Assembly (NCBI GenBank): GCA_958296135.2
Contig: CATQHZ020000001.1
Span: 1,184,001 to 1,248,000 of the forward strand
Source of the DNA: an uncultured Poribacteria bacterium
GTDB lineage: Bacteria; Poribacteria; WGA-4E; WGA-3G
Direction of reading: 5' to 3'
DNA length: 64,000 bases
Shown here: positions 39,380 through 48,303 of the stretch, one piece after another
How positions within the stretch are numbered: position 1 is the stretch's first letter
How the letters are laid out: every line of letters starts with the position of its first letter
Notes under the pieces: generated by a model
The model's database searches: none
Told to the model about the DNA's origin: nothing
What the model saw: the letters and a program-made list of their open reading frames with translations, nothing else
Translations under genes and position numbers: made by a program

Positions 39380-39546
39380 GTCCATTTTTTCTTTTTTCTT
39401 AGCGATTCAGTTTTCGGATAAAAGGAATCTCTTTAGGGCTGTAGGATTGAATGTCTATAGCACGTTGGGACCGGCAATGCACAAGGGCTGTAAGCCCTTA
39501 ATGTGTCTTTAATTTCACAGTATGCTCCATCAATACGACGAACTCC

Positions 39547-41856
39547 CTAATCCTGCAAATCCCGCTTTATGTGAAATACTGAAGAATGGGAAGGTTGCGC
39601 AGGACGTACCCCGATGCCCATGCCAATAGCCGGTAGCACGGTGTCGGAAATATCGCGGGAATAGTCAAAAATTGTCCAGCCAGAGGCACCTAAAAACCGG
39701 GAGAGGTAAATTTGTCCGACGACAGCATCCGCCGTGAGGATGGAATTGGTGGCAGTCGCGCCGATGCCGGGGTAAATCGTAAACCCTTTGGGGAGTAGCG
39801 ACAATTGGTTTTCTAACAAATCGGTGAAATAGCTAAGGTCATCGGTGTAATTCATCGGGCAGACGAAATCGAGGTAACCTGCCTTCGCCCATGCAACCCA
39901 GTCTTGTCCGATGGAGGTGACACACGCGGGATAGCCGCCGAACACGGCGGCGGAGATTTTGATGTCCGGTTTGAGTTCGCGGGCGCGTTTATGGAGCATC
40001 CGCACAAGGCGGGTTATCTGTTGCGCGCGCCATTCGGTATACGCGTTCCCCAAAAATTGAGACTGGGTGGGTTCTCCGGCGGGTGAGAGTCGAGACCGGG
40101 AGGTCTCTCCTACAGGTGAGAGTCGAGACCGGGAGGTCTCTCCTACAGGGAGGACGGATGCGGGCCACTCGTCAATCTTCGTTTTCGTGGTGCTGGCGAA
40201 TCGCTGATGGCATTCTTCGCAATAACAGGCGTGCGCGCCCGGATAACGGATGTAATCTAACTGGATGCCATCAATGTCGTAGTTTTCCACAATTTCTAAG
40301 AGGACATTGAGTTCTAGTTTCACGTTTTCGGGGTGCGAGGGACAGAGCCAGTTGAGCGGTTCGCCGGTTGCGGAGACTTGCGTTCGTCCGGCGGCCCGCA
40401 TTTTTTCGATGAATTCTTTGGGCGCGCCTTCTAAATTCCACGTAATTTTCCAGATATGCACCTCTAACCCGTGCAGGCGCGCCGCTTGAATGCACTGTTC
40501 AACCTGGTCTCCGTAGCGTGTGAACGTTTCACTGGGCGGGAGAAATGCGCTTGGATAATGCGCTGCCCCCGCCCGTGCCATATTCGGGATGAGCATGTTT
40601 ATTCCGGCTTCGGCTAATTCTTTCGCGGAATGTTCCCAGTCTCCTGGGTACGCGCCGAGCCCGGAGTGATTCCACACGGCGCGTCCCTCCCTTGCCAAGG
40701 ACTGTCCTGCATCGCGTAGGGCAGATGCCTGTCCCTCGTTTTCTGCATCCCGTAGCGCGAGGGCCTGTCCCTCGCGAATGTTGTCGTGAGAGAGATGGTA
40801 TGCTTTTGAAAGCGCGTCGCGGCCGGCACGCGCCGTGGCTATCGCTTCGTCATACGCTGCGCGGGTATACGCGGCACGGGCCTGTTCTACCAAATCCTGT
40901 CCGGTTTGCAACGCTGCAATCGCGTCAGTGTTCCGGTTCCGTTCGACAAACTTAGCCAACGCTTCATGCTGTTGCGTATGCCCAATCTGCGAGGTGTCAT
41001 CCACCGCATTTTTTGCGATGGTGCGCCGAAATTCGGGGACTAAATGGCCCAACAGCGCGGCGAGCATCCGTTTCTTCTTCTGGATGTCGTCTGGAAGAAA
41101 GACGTGACTGAAGAATGCGCCCGATTGTGCTAAAAAGAGTGCTGGCAAGCCGGTGTTTTCACCTGCTGCATTATGCCAGTGGCCGATGATTTTCGTTTGC
41201 GGTGAAGTCGGTTCCGCCACCGTGATGTTCCACGATGCTTGTCGGACGACTTCCGGCATTCCCTGCACCTCGGGGGCACTCAGGTGAATGGAGGCGAACT
41301 GCCCTGGTTGTTCCTCGCGCAGCCAATCTGTCTGCTGAAGGTGAAGCAGTTGTGCCACCTCATCTGCTAAACTATACGTCACCAACAACTTCCCACTGCC
41401 TGCGACAAACTCTTTCAGGTATTCTGCCATTTTTGGCGAGATCTCCGCGTTCATGGGGAGGATGAGCAACCGTCTTTGAACCGTAGCGCGGGGGCCTGTT
41501 CCTCGCTGTCTTTCCGCAATAAGCGCCGCTTCCTCAATCGTATCAGCTGCAAATCCGATGCCCTCCAGCATCCGAGTCAGCCGTTTGCTCGTTGAACGCG
41601 CGTATCCGACATCGGCCTGTTTCACGCCTTCCCCGGCAGTCGGTAAAACAATTCCGATTTCCGCTGGTGCTGCTGCGAGCGTAAACGCGCCGACTCCATA
41701 GAGTAAGGCACAGATGAGGAGAAGCAGATAAAGCTGCAGGAACCGCCGCCGAGATTTTCGACAACTCCACAGCGTGCAAGGCACCGTATTCTCAGGTAAC
41801 CATACAGATAACATAATGAATTCCTCCTTTGCAGACGATTTATCATCGCGCCGCAA
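39547..41856 (-). CDS. Glycosyl hydrolase-like 10 (GHL10/DUF187) protein with in-frame REP insertions; start uncertain
   Basis: EGRAVW, GLEVHIW, WLCPSHP, DGIQLDYIRYP, DFVCPMNY. Confidence 0.85.
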   Translation of the reverse strand: MRRDDKSSAKEEFIMLSVWLPENTVPCTLWSCRKSRRRFLQLYLLLLICALLYGVGAFTLAAAPAEIGIVLPTAGEGVKQADVGYARSTSKRLTRMLEGIGFAADTIEEAALIAERQRGTGPRATVQRRLLILPMNAEISPKMAEYLKEFVAGSGKLLVTYSLADEVAQLLHLQQTDWLREEQPGQFASIHLSAPEVQGMPEVVRQASWNITVAEPTSPQTKIIGHWHNAAGENTGLPALFLAQSGAFFSHVFLPDDIQKKKRMLAALLGHLVPEFRRTIAKNAVDDTSQIGHTQQHEALAKFVERNRNTDAIAALQTGQDLVEQARAAYTRAAYDEAIATARAGRDALSKAYHLSHDNIREGQALALRDAENEGQASALRDAGQSLAREGRAVWNHSGLGAYPGDWEHSAKELAEAGINMLIPNMARAGAAHYPSAFLPPSETFTRYGDQVEQCIQAARLHGLEVHIWKITWNLEGAPKEFIEKMRAAGRTQVSATGEPLNWLCPSHPENVKLELNVLLEIVENYDIDGIQLDYIRYPGAHACYCEECHQRFASTTKTKIDEWPASVLPVGETSRSRLSPVGETSRSRLSPAGEPTQSQFLGNAYTEWRAQQITRLVRMLHKRARELKPDIKISAAVFGGYPACVTSIGQDWVAWAKAGYLDFVCPMNYTDDLSYFTDLLENQLSLLPKGFTIYPGIGATATNSILTADAVVGQIYLSRFLGASGWTIFDYSRDISDTVLPAIGMGIGVRPAQPSHSSVFHIKRDLQD

Positions 41857-41883
41857 GTTTCGGACAGATATAGCAGGCTGTCC

Positions 41884-43272
41884 TTACAGCCGGTCTTGCG
41901 CTGCAAGGGGCTCTCCGGGAGTTTTCCCTAAAAACTTGTCAATGCCTAGGGCGATACCGCGCGCGATTTTCTGCTGATAGACATCGGCCGTGAGGTTTTT
42001 GCCTTCGGTTGGGTTAGATATAAATCCTGTCTCGATAAGGATAGCTGGCACATTCGTGCCGATAAGCACGACAAAGCGTGCGTGTTTCACGCCCCGGTCT
42101 GCCGCGTCTGTCGCCTTAATTAATTCCTTTTGGACGTGGGTGGCCAGCCGCTGGCTGTCCGCGCTTTTACTTTCCTGCACCAATCCCTCTAGCAGCGGGT
42201 TCAATTCTTGGATGCTGTAGCCGGAGTCGGCGTTCTCGCGTGCCGCGATGCCTTCCGAGGCTTTGTCCGTGCTGGCGACATCCAGGTAGTAGGTTTCGAT
42301 GCCCTTCGCTTTGCTATTTTGATTGGCATTTGCGTGGATGCTGATGAACAGATCTGCCCTGTTTTGCGTTGCGAACTGCGTCCGTCCCTTCAACGGAATG
42401 AACGTGTTGTCCTCCCGCGTGAGTAGCACCTTGTAGCCTTTCGCCACGAGTTTCGCGCGGAGTTTCTTAGCGATGCTCAGCACGACGACTTTCTCTTTGC
42501 GTTCGCCTTCGCCGAGCGCGCCCGGGTCTTTGCCGCCGTGGCCTGCGTCAATCACAATCGTCTTGGCAGTTAGGCCGAGGTCGCGCGTGAGCGTCTCCGG
42601 TACGACTTTTCGCAACTTCGGAACGTTCTTTTTCACGATGGATTCAGTTGTTGCTTTCGCCTTTTGTGCAGTAGGCGCGTTCTTCTTAAGTGCCTGAATC
42701 TCTTCAGAAGCCGCCGCTACAATCTCCGGCTTTTTGGCAGATGCAACGAGGTTTTCGTATAAACTTTCGGCACGGGTGGCATAACCCTGTTTTGCATACA
42801 CGCGTGCCAATCCTAACTGCGCCTCTTCGGCGACATCCGCATCGGCGTAGCGGTTCATCACCAATTGATACTGCGTCATCGCCTGATATTCGTCATCAAA
42901 GTGCGCGTAACAACGGCCTTGCCAGTAGTGTGCGTTTGGCACGTATGGCGAATCGGGATAGTCGTTCGCCAGTTTTTGGAGTGCTGCAATCGCTTGCTGC
43001 GGTGCTTCCACGTCGCCTGCGTTGATGCACCACACATAGGCAGATGCGATGGCGTAGTGTGCGTCATCTGCGAATTCGCCTTGTGCATCCGTCTCAATGA
43101 TGCGTTCAAAGTCTGTTATCAGCGCGTGCCACTCTGCTGGTGTTGCTGGCTTTTTGCCGCTGGCGTAAGCGTAATGCTGCGCCGAAGCTTGTTGATAACC
43201 AGACATGCTTGCGCATCCTGAGCAAAATATCGCCAAGGCGAGGGTGACTATATAGAGGTAACCCGGTCTCAT
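41884..43272 (-). CDS. Lipoprotein: TPR/BamD-like domain fused to N-acetylmuramoyl-L-alanine amidase (Amidase_3)
   Basis: Lipobox CSGC, TPR helices, IDAGHGGKDPG, FISIHAN, LIETGF. Confidence 0.9.
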   Translation of the reverse strand: MRPGYLYIVTLALAIFCSGCASMSGYQQASAQHYAYASGKKPATPAEWHALITDFERIIETDAQGEFADDAHYAIASAYVWCINAGDVEAPQQAIAALQKLANDYPDSPYVPNAHYWQGRCYAHFDDEYQAMTQYQLVMNRYADADVAEEAQLGLARVYAKQGYATRAESLYENLVASAKKPEIVAAASEEIQALKKNAPTAQKAKATTESIVKKNVPKLRKVVPETLTRDLGLTAKTIVIDAGHGGKDPGALGEGERKEKVVVLSIAKKLRAKLVAKGYKVLLTREDNTFIPLKGRTQFATQNRADLFISIHANANQNSKAKGIETYYLDVASTDKASEGIAARENADSGYSIQELNPLLEGLVQESKSADSQRLATHVQKELIKATDAADRGVKHARFVVLIGTNVPAILIETGFISNPTEGKNLTADVYQQKIARGIALGIDKFLGKTPGEPLAAQDRL

Positions 43273-43568
43273 CGTTTTTTTCCTCTCTTTCATAAGGTTT
43301 GACATACAATAAAACGTAAGTTTTCGGTTTTTCGTTACTAAAAATCGGAGATTCTTGTCCAAAAAAGCAAGAAGACTCCGTTAGGTGAGCGGGGTGGCGG
43401 TTTTTCACTATGGGAAGCCCCAAAAATGGAAAACGAAATTGGCGTGGATTATTTGTTGACTGTGAGGCGGAAAACGTGTTATCATATTAAAGCAAAACAA
43501 TCTCGCTAAATTTGGGCAACTTAAGGAGAACCTATTGAAATTTTATACAGTTTGTTTTAAGGAGAACC

Positions 43569-44273
43569 ATGAAACTGACACCACAAGAAATCCAACTTTT
43601 TCGCCACAACGGGTTTATCAAATTCCCGACGCGGTTGCCGATGGCGCAGGTTGAAGCACTCAAAGCGGCGGCATTGAAGGATATTGCGGAAGCGGTTGAG
43701 CCTGTTGCGCGGCAAGATGGCAGAATCATCCGTATCTCAGCGATTTGGGAGCGCGGCGGCATTTTCCGTGAGACGATAACCTGCGATGCCATCCTCGGTC
43801 CGCTAGAATCACTATTGGGCGCGAATATAGAATACGTGCTGAATCGGCATAACCACATCTACCTGCGCGATGCAGGTTCGAGCCATTCGCTTGAGTTGCA
43901 TCGCGATGTGCGCCACTGGAGCCGGACAATTGCTACCGTCCTAGTCTACTTGGAAGACACGCATTTAGAGAACGGTTGCACGCGCGTCGTTCCCGGTTCT
44001 CATCATCTCCCCGCCTTCGCCGATTTGAAAGATGATGCGATTCAGCAGATTGTGGCGAACCAAGCGATTCCGTTACCGATGCCAGCAGGCGGACTGCTAG
44101 CCATCGACAGCATGATAATCCACGCCGCCGGGGTTAACCACACCGAAGGCACACGGATGAGCATGACGTTGGGGTATCACAGTGCGGATGAACTCGCGTC
44201 ATCGGATAACCCGAAGAAGGTGCTCGTCCGAGGTGAACGGCCGTATCGGGGGAATGACGCGCTGCGAATGTAG
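43569..44273 (+). CDS. Phytanoyl-CoA dioxygenase (PhyH) family protein
   Basis: LHRD (HxD), NGCTRVVPGSH, IHAAGVN. Confidence 0.9.
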   Translation: MKLTPQEIQLFRHNGFIKFPTRLPMAQVEALKAAALKDIAEAVEPVARQDGRIIRISAIWERGGIFRETITCDAILGPLESLLGANIEYVLNRHNHIYLRDAGSSHSLELHRDVRHWSRTIATVLVYLEDTHLENGCTRVVPGSHHLPAFADLKDDAIQQIVANQAIPLPMPAGGLLAIDSMIIHAAGVNHTEGTRMSMTLGYHSADELASSDNPKKVLVRGERPYRGNDALRM

Positions 44274-44419
44274 GAGAGCCCTCCCGGTCTTGATACGGGT
44301 TGTTCGTATCGGGCCAGGGATGTTCCTCCTACCGGTATCGTGACAAGGATGTCCCTCCTACCGCAGAAAAATCATTTTTGAAAAATAGACCGTTTTTTTT
44401 GAAAAAAAGTGATTTTCGC

Positions 44420-44448
44420 TTGACAAATGCCAAATTCTGTGGTATACT
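44420..44448 (+). promoter_or_regulatory. Strong sigma70-type promoter of the tRNA operon
   Basis: TTGACA-17-TATACT with extended TG and A/T-rich upstream element. Confidence 0.8.
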
Positions 44449-44489
44449 ATATAATGTCTTTGAGATAAAGGTGTTGTTGGCATTATTTT

Positions 44490-44563
44490 GGGCGGGTAGC
44501 TCAGGTGGCTAGAGCGACAGCCTTACAAGCTGTAGGCCACAGGTTCAAGTCCTGTCCCGCCTA
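44490..44563 (+). tRNA. tRNA-Val(TAC)
   Basis: Acceptor GGGCGGG/CCCGCCT, anticodon arm ACAGC-CTTACAA-GCTGT, GGTTCAAGTCC. Confidence 0.95.
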
Positions 44564-44571
44564 TTTATTAG

Positions 44572-44646
44572 GGGCTCGTGGCGCAGTTGGTTTAGCGCGC
44601 CTGCCTGTCACGCAGGAGGTCGCGGGTTCAAGTCCCGTCGGGCCCG
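44572..44646 (+). tRNA. tRNA-Asp(GTC)
   Basis: Acceptor GGGCTCG/CGGGCCC, anticodon arm CCTGC-CTGTCAC-GCAGG. Confidence 0.95.
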
Positions 44647-44770
44647 TTTTGCTAGCGAAAGGAAAATTTCAGAGACGCAGCTTGCGGCAACGGTGCGAGC
44701 TGACCTGGCACGCGAACGTGATGGCTGAGGTAACCCTGAGCGGACGCTTCGCGTCAGGATAGATAAAAGA

Positions 44771-44845
44771 GGGCTCGTGGCGCAGTTGGTTTAGCGCGCC
44801 TGCCTGTCACGCAGGAGGTCGCGGGTTCAAGTCCCGTCGGGCCCG
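44771..44845 (+). tRNA. tRNA-Asp(GTC), identical second copy
   Basis: Exact 75-nt duplicate of 44572-44646. Confidence 0.95.
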
Positions 44846-44856
44846 TCTTTCATGAG

Positions 44857-44904
44857 ACGAAATGAGCCACAGGTTGTTTCTACACAATGCTGTGGCTTTT
44901 TCGT
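44857..44904 (+). terminator. Rho-independent terminator after the tRNA operon
   Basis: AGCCACAG...CTGTGGCT stem followed by a T run. Confidence 0.6.
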
Positions 44905-44967
44905 TACAAAGCGCGATGCAAACAGCGCGACCGCCCGGTCGCGAAAAAAAGGGAGGGGAGAAACACC

Positions 44968-46263
44968 GTGCTCGATCTCAAATTTATTCGCGAACATAGC
45001 GATGCCGTCCGACAGATGCTCCAACATCGCCGCAGCGACGCGCTGGCCGACTTAGACCGGCTGCTTGAATTGGATGCGCGGTGGCGCGAGAATTTGACGC
45101 ACACACAATCCTTGAAAGCTCACCAAAATAAGGTATCGCAACAAATCGCCGAACGGAAAAGGGCGAAGCAGGATGCTACGGCGACTATCGCCGAGATGCG
45201 GCAGCTCTCACAGCAGACCAAGGAGCTCACCGCGGCGGCAAACGAAACGAAAGCCGCGATAGATGCCATCCTGCTGACAATTCCGAATATGCCGGAGGCA
45301 AGCACGCCTCTCGGCACTACCGAAGAGGATAACCTCGAAATCAAGACGTGGGGTGAACTCCCCAGTTTTGATTTTCAGCCGAAACTGCACTGGGAACTCG
45401 CCGAACAACTCGGACTCGTTGATTTCCAGCGCGGTGCCAAGGTCGCGGGAAGCAACTTTGTTCTCTTCAAAGGGCTTGGCGCACGGTTGGAACGGGCACT
45501 TATCCAATTCATGTTGGACCTGCACACGACGCAGCACGGCTACACCGAAATCTCGCCGCCGTTCCTCGCGAATCGCCCGACGATGACAGGGACAGGACAA
45601 CTCCCGAAGTTTGAGTCGGATATGTATCGTTGCGACAGGGACGAGGAGAACCCTGACAGCGATCTGTTCCTCATCCCGACAGCGGAAGTGCCTGTGACGA
45701 ATCTCTTCGCGGGCGAAATCCTCACGGCGAAAGAGTTGCCCATCTACTACACAGCCTATACGCCATGTTTCCGGCGCGAGGCGGGTGCCTACGGTAGAGA
45801 CACGCGAGGCTTGCAGCGCATCCATCAGTTTGACAAGGTGGAGATGGTGAAGTTCACCACGCCGGCATCTTCCTACGCCGAACATGAATTGTTATTAGCG
45901 AATGCGGAGAGCGTGTTGCAGGCACTCGGTTTGCCTTATCGTGTCGTTCAGCATTGCATGGGCGAGCTCTCCTTTGCCGCGGCGAAATGCTACGACATTG
46001 AGGTGTGGGCACCGGCGGCGCGGCGGTTTTTAGAGGTATCGTCTTGCAGTAATTTTGAGGCGTTTCAGGCGCGCCGTGCGAATATCCGCTTTCGTCCGGA
46101 GGCGGGCGCGAAGCCGGAATTTGTGCATACGCTGAATGCATCGGGGACAGCGTTGCCTCGCGTCGTCATCGCGATTCTGGAGACGTATCAGAATGCAGAT
46201 GGGACGTTGCGTGTGCCGGCGGTGCTGCGGCCGTATATGGGTGGTTTGTCGCAGATTGGGTGA
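44968..46263 (+). CDS. serS: Serine--tRNA ligase
   Basis: GTG start (MLDLKFIRE), TGQLPKF, IPTAEVP, CFRREAG, EVSSCSN, HTLNASG. Confidence 0.97.
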   Translation: MLDLKFIREHSDAVRQMLQHRRSDALADLDRLLELDARWRENLTHTQSLKAHQNKVSQQIAERKRAKQDATATIAEMRQLSQQTKELTAAANETKAAIDAILLTIPNMPEASTPLGTTEEDNLEIKTWGELPSFDFQPKLHWELAEQLGLVDFQRGAKVAGSNFVLFKGLGARLERALIQFMLDLHTTQHGYTEISPPFLANRPTMTGTGQLPKFESDMYRCDRDEENPDSDLFLIPTAEVPVTNLFAGEILTAKELPIYYTAYTPCFRREAGAYGRDTRGLQRIHQFDKVEMVKFTTPASSYAEHELLLANAESVLQALGLPYRVVQHCMGELSFAAAKCYDIEVWAPAARRFLEVSSCSNFEAFQARRANIRFRPEAGAKPEFVHTLNASGTALPRVVIAILETYQNADGTLRVPAVLRPYMGGLSQIG

Positions 46264-46356
46264 TGTGCTTGTAAACTCACGCCTACCACTTCTTGTAGGC
46301 GAGCTTACATTGTCCGATTCACCGTAAAGTTGAATTTTCGTTTGAGGAGCGAATTG

Positions 46357-47016
46357 ATGAATCAGAACTATAGATATGCTGGAAGGTCTCTTACACCTAG
46401 GATAGCTCAGGCGCTCATCACAGAGATATTTTCGGGGCAGACTGTTGCGCGTAACGACATATTGAGAGAGGTGGATAGAGTGCATCGTGAACGTGGTGGA
46501 CTGCCATCAAGGGCAAATTACCATCCTGGCGGAATGGCACTGTCGAACATGAAGAGAGGCGGACTTGCAGAAAATCCATCCCTTGGCCGTTGGCGGATCC
46601 TCGGTTCAAATCACAGTACCTCCGAGCCCAGTCACCTTGAAGAAGAAACCATTGAACTTAATGGCCTTTCTGTAAGGAGCATCGGGTCCGGCGAGGGAAC
46701 GGTCTACGTTTACTACTTCCCGACGTATCAACTTTGGGCAGAATCCCAAAGCGAGTCTTCTTGGCCGTGCAAAATTGGCATGACTGAAGGCGATCCGAAT
46801 TTGCGGATTCACATTCAAGTAGGGACCGGCATGCCAGAAAGCCCCGAAATCGCGCTTATTATCCGAACGGATGCTCCTGCTGAGATGGAGAGGATACTAC
46901 ACGATGCCCTGACTTTGCGCCGTAGGCGCATGGAAGATGCTCCAGGCACAGAGTGGTTTCTTACGAGTCCAAGCGAAGTGGAAGAAATTCATGCCTTACT
47001 ACTCGGAGGCATGTAG
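46357..47016 (+). CDS. GIY-YIG (T5orf172-like) nuclease with N-terminal wHTH-like region
   Basis: GTVYVY, CKIGMT, ERILH, GTEWF. Confidence 0.8.
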   Translation: MNQNYRYAGRSLTPRIAQALITEIFSGQTVARNDILREVDRVHRERGGLPSRANYHPGGMALSNMKRGGLAENPSLGRWRILGSNHSTSEPSHLEEETIELNGLSVRSIGSGEGTVYVYYFPTYQLWAESQSESSWPCKIGMTEGDPNLRIHIQVGTGMPESPEIALIIRTDAPAEMERILHDALTLRRRRMEDAPGTEWFLTSPSEVEEIHALLLGGM

Positions 47017-47097
47017 TTATCCCGGTAGGAGGGACCTCCTGGTCCCGATACCGAATATTTGTGACTCGTACCAAAACGATTTCATTGACCGTGGCCC

Positions 47098-48078
47098 ATG
47101 GAAAAATTTCTTAACCAAATCATCCACGGCGATTGCTTAGAGTTGATGCGGCAGGTCCCTTCGGATAGCGTTGATGTTACCTTCGCCGATCCGCCGTTCA
47201 ACCTGAAAAAGAAATACAATACCTACGAAGACCATCGGGACGAGGCCGCTTATCTCGATTGGTGCCAGGAGTGGTTATTTGAGATGGTGCGCATCACGAA
47301 ACCGAGCGGCTCCATCTTCGTTCATAATATCCCGAAATGGCTTACCTATTACGCGGGGTTCCTCAATGAATTCGCGACGTTTCGCCATTGGATTGCATGG
47401 GACGCGCCGACAGCACCTATGGGCAAAACTTTGCAACCGTCACATTACGGTATCCTATTTTACGTGAAAGATCCGAAGGCGAACAAGTTTTATGAAATCC
47501 GCTACCCGCACAAGCGGTGCAGGAAATGTGGCTATTTGTTGAAGGATTACGGCGGGAAGAAAAAGATTTTGCATCCGTTCGGTCCGCTTGTTTCCGATAC
47601 CTGGTCGGATATTCATCGCATCCGCCACAATAAGCATCGCGATGCACATCCGTGTCAACTCCCTGTTCATCTCCTAGAACGGCTCATTTTGATGAGCACC
47701 GATGACGGAGACGTAATTCTAGATCCGTTTATGGGCACTGGCACGACAGCTGTCGCGGCTGCGCGATTAGGACGCAGCGTCATCGGCATCGATGTGGATA
47801 GCGACTATGTGGACATCACGCGTAGAAAGTTCGCGCAGGAAGCCCCGCACCCGAAAATTGGCGATGTTTGGGTAAGTTTCTATCGCGGCGAGATAGTCAC
47901 CATTGCGGACAAAGACTGGGAACTGCTGAAGCCGTATTTCGTCATTCCGGAGGACGTTAAGCATATCGATTTTGAGAAAATTCGGGGCGGCCGCGCCATA
48001 GCAACGCCGAAAGGGCAAACGTCGCAACTGCACTTGGAAATTCAGGAGGAGTACTGTGAGTGCTATGAGGCAACGTAG
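47098..48078 (+). CDS. Site-specific DNA methyltransferase (beta-class N4/N6)
   Basis: FADPPF, HPCQLP, DPFMGTGTT; CRKC possible Zn site. Confidence 0.92.
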   Translation: MEKFLNQIIHGDCLELMRQVPSDSVDVTFADPPFNLKKKYNTYEDHRDEAAYLDWCQEWLFEMVRITKPSGSIFVHNIPKWLTYYAGFLNEFATFRHWIAWDAPTAPMGKTLQPSHYGILFYVKDPKANKFYEIRYPHKRCRKCGYLLKDYGGKKKILHPFGPLVSDTWSDIHRIRHNKHRDAHPCQLPVHLLERLILMSTDDGDVILDPFMGTGTTAVAAARLGRSVIGIDVDSDYVDITRRKFAQEAPHPKIGDVWVSFYRGEIVTIADKDWELLKPYFVIPEDVKHIDFEKIRGGRAIATPKGQTSQLHLEIQEEYCECYEAT

Positions 48079-48133
48079 TTTCATGGACTCGGCGCACCGT
48101 GGTAGTGGTAACAGAATTGAAAAAAATAAAAAT

Positions 48134-48162
48134 TTGACTTTTTAGCAAATCTGTGGTATAAT
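48134..48162 (+). promoter_or_regulatory. Sigma70-type promoter of tRNA(CAT)-tilS-hpt
   Basis: TTGACT-17-TATAAT with extended TG. Confidence 0.8.
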
Positions 48163-48207
48163 TAAACCATAGATTCCCAAAATCGCGCGGATTTCCGCGG
48201 ATTTTTT

Positions 48208-48279
48208 GCCGGTGTAGCTCAGTGGTAGAGCATACGACTCATAATCGTACTGTCCGGAGTTCAACTCTCCGCACCGGCA
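48208..48279 (+). tRNA. tRNA with CAT anticodon (elongator Met more likely than Ile2)
   Basis: Acceptor GCCGGTG/CACCGGC, arm TACGA-CTCATAA-TCGTA; G1-C72 paired, so not initiator. Confidence 0.9.
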
Positions 48280-48303
48280 TCGTCCCTCACCGAGACGCAT
48301 CTC

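Noticed and set aside
44572-44845. Duplicated tRNA-Asp as attL/attR of an integrated element
   Set aside because: Both copies are full length, only 124 bp apart, and no integrase is present.
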